Positions 62,607 to 64,000 of a stretch of DNA of 64,000 nt are shown here, piece by piece; the stretch's first letter is position 1; each line of letters starts with the position of its first letter. The notes beneath the pieces were generated by a model. That model saw only the letters and a list, made by a program, of their open reading frames with translations, had not been told where the DNA came from and did not search any database. Source of the stretch: Mobula hypostoma (taxonomy: Eukaryota); assembly GCF_963921235.1 (NCBI RefSeq), contig NC_086097.1, forward strand, positions 141,858,001 through 141,922,000, read 5' to 3'. The position numbers were made by a program, and so were the translations under genes.

Positions 62607-64000
62607 CAATTCTCCCAAGTGTGGTCTAACAAAAGTTATATATAGCTGCAACTCGATTTTCCTAATTTTATACTTTAATGCATCCACTGATGAAGACAAA
62701 TATTCTGAACATCATCTGTATCATGCTGTATACTTGTGTTATTGCTTTTTCAGGGAGCAAAGTGCAATACCTGCATGCTGCACTAATTATTGAAGTTGGG
62801 ATGACCTTGATGCTAAACCTTAGGCAATATGATCATGTTTTCTGTTTTTACTATAAATTACTTCCAGTCTTAATTGGAAGTTTATTGGAGGCAAGGTGTA
62901 GCATCCCAGCAAGAAAGTTTGGAAAAATTTGTCAGGACATTAATTTATTATTTTTTGCACTAATCTTCACTGAAATGGCTTTACAGTTATGTTTACTTGG
63001 ATCTGGGCTTGTATACCATTATGAAGCAAACATAAGGTGGAGCCATATTTCATAAGGCAATGAATTTGAAGGTGCAGTCAATTCTATTTAAAGTCAAGGG
63101 CTTTGCGAACAAAAGGGCCTCGTGTAATGGTTGGTGCTGCTCTGTGCCGCCTTCATGAAGTTGCTGTGCAGTGTAGATCATGCCTATTAAGTGTCTCCAT
63201 GGATAGTATCACGAAGTGTACAAAAGTGTGTTTTAGTTGCTTTTGGCCTGTAGGGATAGTGTTGGGAACAGGAGAGTTAGGGGACTATATTTGAAGACAG
63301 AAATGTACTGGAGTCAGAGGTCAAACTGAAGTCTAGGCCTCCTCTCTGCACTTAAAGGCCAGCAATGTGGATGAGTGACAGAAGGACCGTGGTGGGATGT
63401 TGGTCTGCAGATCACTGAGGGTGAGGGCTGGTGGCCCCTCTCTCCAACCCAGTGAGTCATTGGCAAGTTCTGGGATTGGAGTTCTGTGTTGGCAGGAGGC
63501 ATGAGAGATGGTGAGAGATAAGTTTGAGAATCGGTGTGTCCAGCGTTCAAGGACTGGAGTTTGGATCCTCATTCATCATTTCGGAGAGGCCTGAGGTTGA
63601 TATCAAAGATGTAAGCTCGAACGTTGGTCTGAGTCTGTAAGTTGAAGCCTGATGGCTGGAGCTCTGAGTCTGCAAACCCACTGGGACAGTTGAAGCCCAT
63701 TGTCTGTGAATCCACATCTACTGGAGATGACCAATCCTGGGGTTGGAGCAATGTCCATGTGTGGGTCAGTGGGAGGAGTGGGGCTTATTTTGGTGCTTGT
63801 TATATCCTGTTTTGTGTTGTTCTGCCAAGCAGTGTGGGCAAGCCTTATTGGCATCAGAATACATGGCAATACTTAAGAGATATCCCCAGCACATACTTAA
63901 ATTTGTTGGTTGATAATGCAAATGATGTATTTCACTTTGTTTTGATGTACATGTGATAAATGCATTTAATCTAAATTTGGCCTGATGCTTGTTGGCCAGT

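Noticed and set aside
62678..63956. Short ORFs near the window end as a further KANSL1 exon
   Set aside because: No recognisable KANSL1 peptide or convincing splice-site pair; the region ends in a repeat tail shared with other SINE-like copies.

Overview
Vertebrate, repeat-dense genomic DNA. The repeat families (HE1/V-SINE-like SINEs, CR1, Penelope-like termini) suggest a cartilaginous fish, probably a ray (inference). The only host coding sequence I can support is one 142-bp internal exon of KANSL1 (+, 47066-47207), so the rest is most likely KANSL1 intron. It holds nested mobile elements: Tc1/mariner, hAT MITEs, a complete non-autonomous Helitron with 23-aa STPR-type repeats, CR1, RTE, Rex1/Babar and Hero-like LINEs, SINEs, Penelope-like elements (PLEs), solo LTRs, a class I ERV remnant and a two-LTR provirus with a tRNA-Leu PBS and 5-bp TSD. 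Four observations stand out. (1) A Gypsy LTR retrotransposon has its RT-RNaseH-integrase core replaced by an intronless RBM25 mRNA fragment. (2) The abundant PLE terminal repeat contains a minimal type I hammerhead ribozyme motif. (3) One PLE insertion is a single large inverted repeat with a 13-bp TSD. (4) Two near-identical CR1 copies in opposite orientation bracket the KANSL1 exon. Boundaries of degraded elements are approximate. All similarity calls are by eye or recalled family motifs, not database searches.
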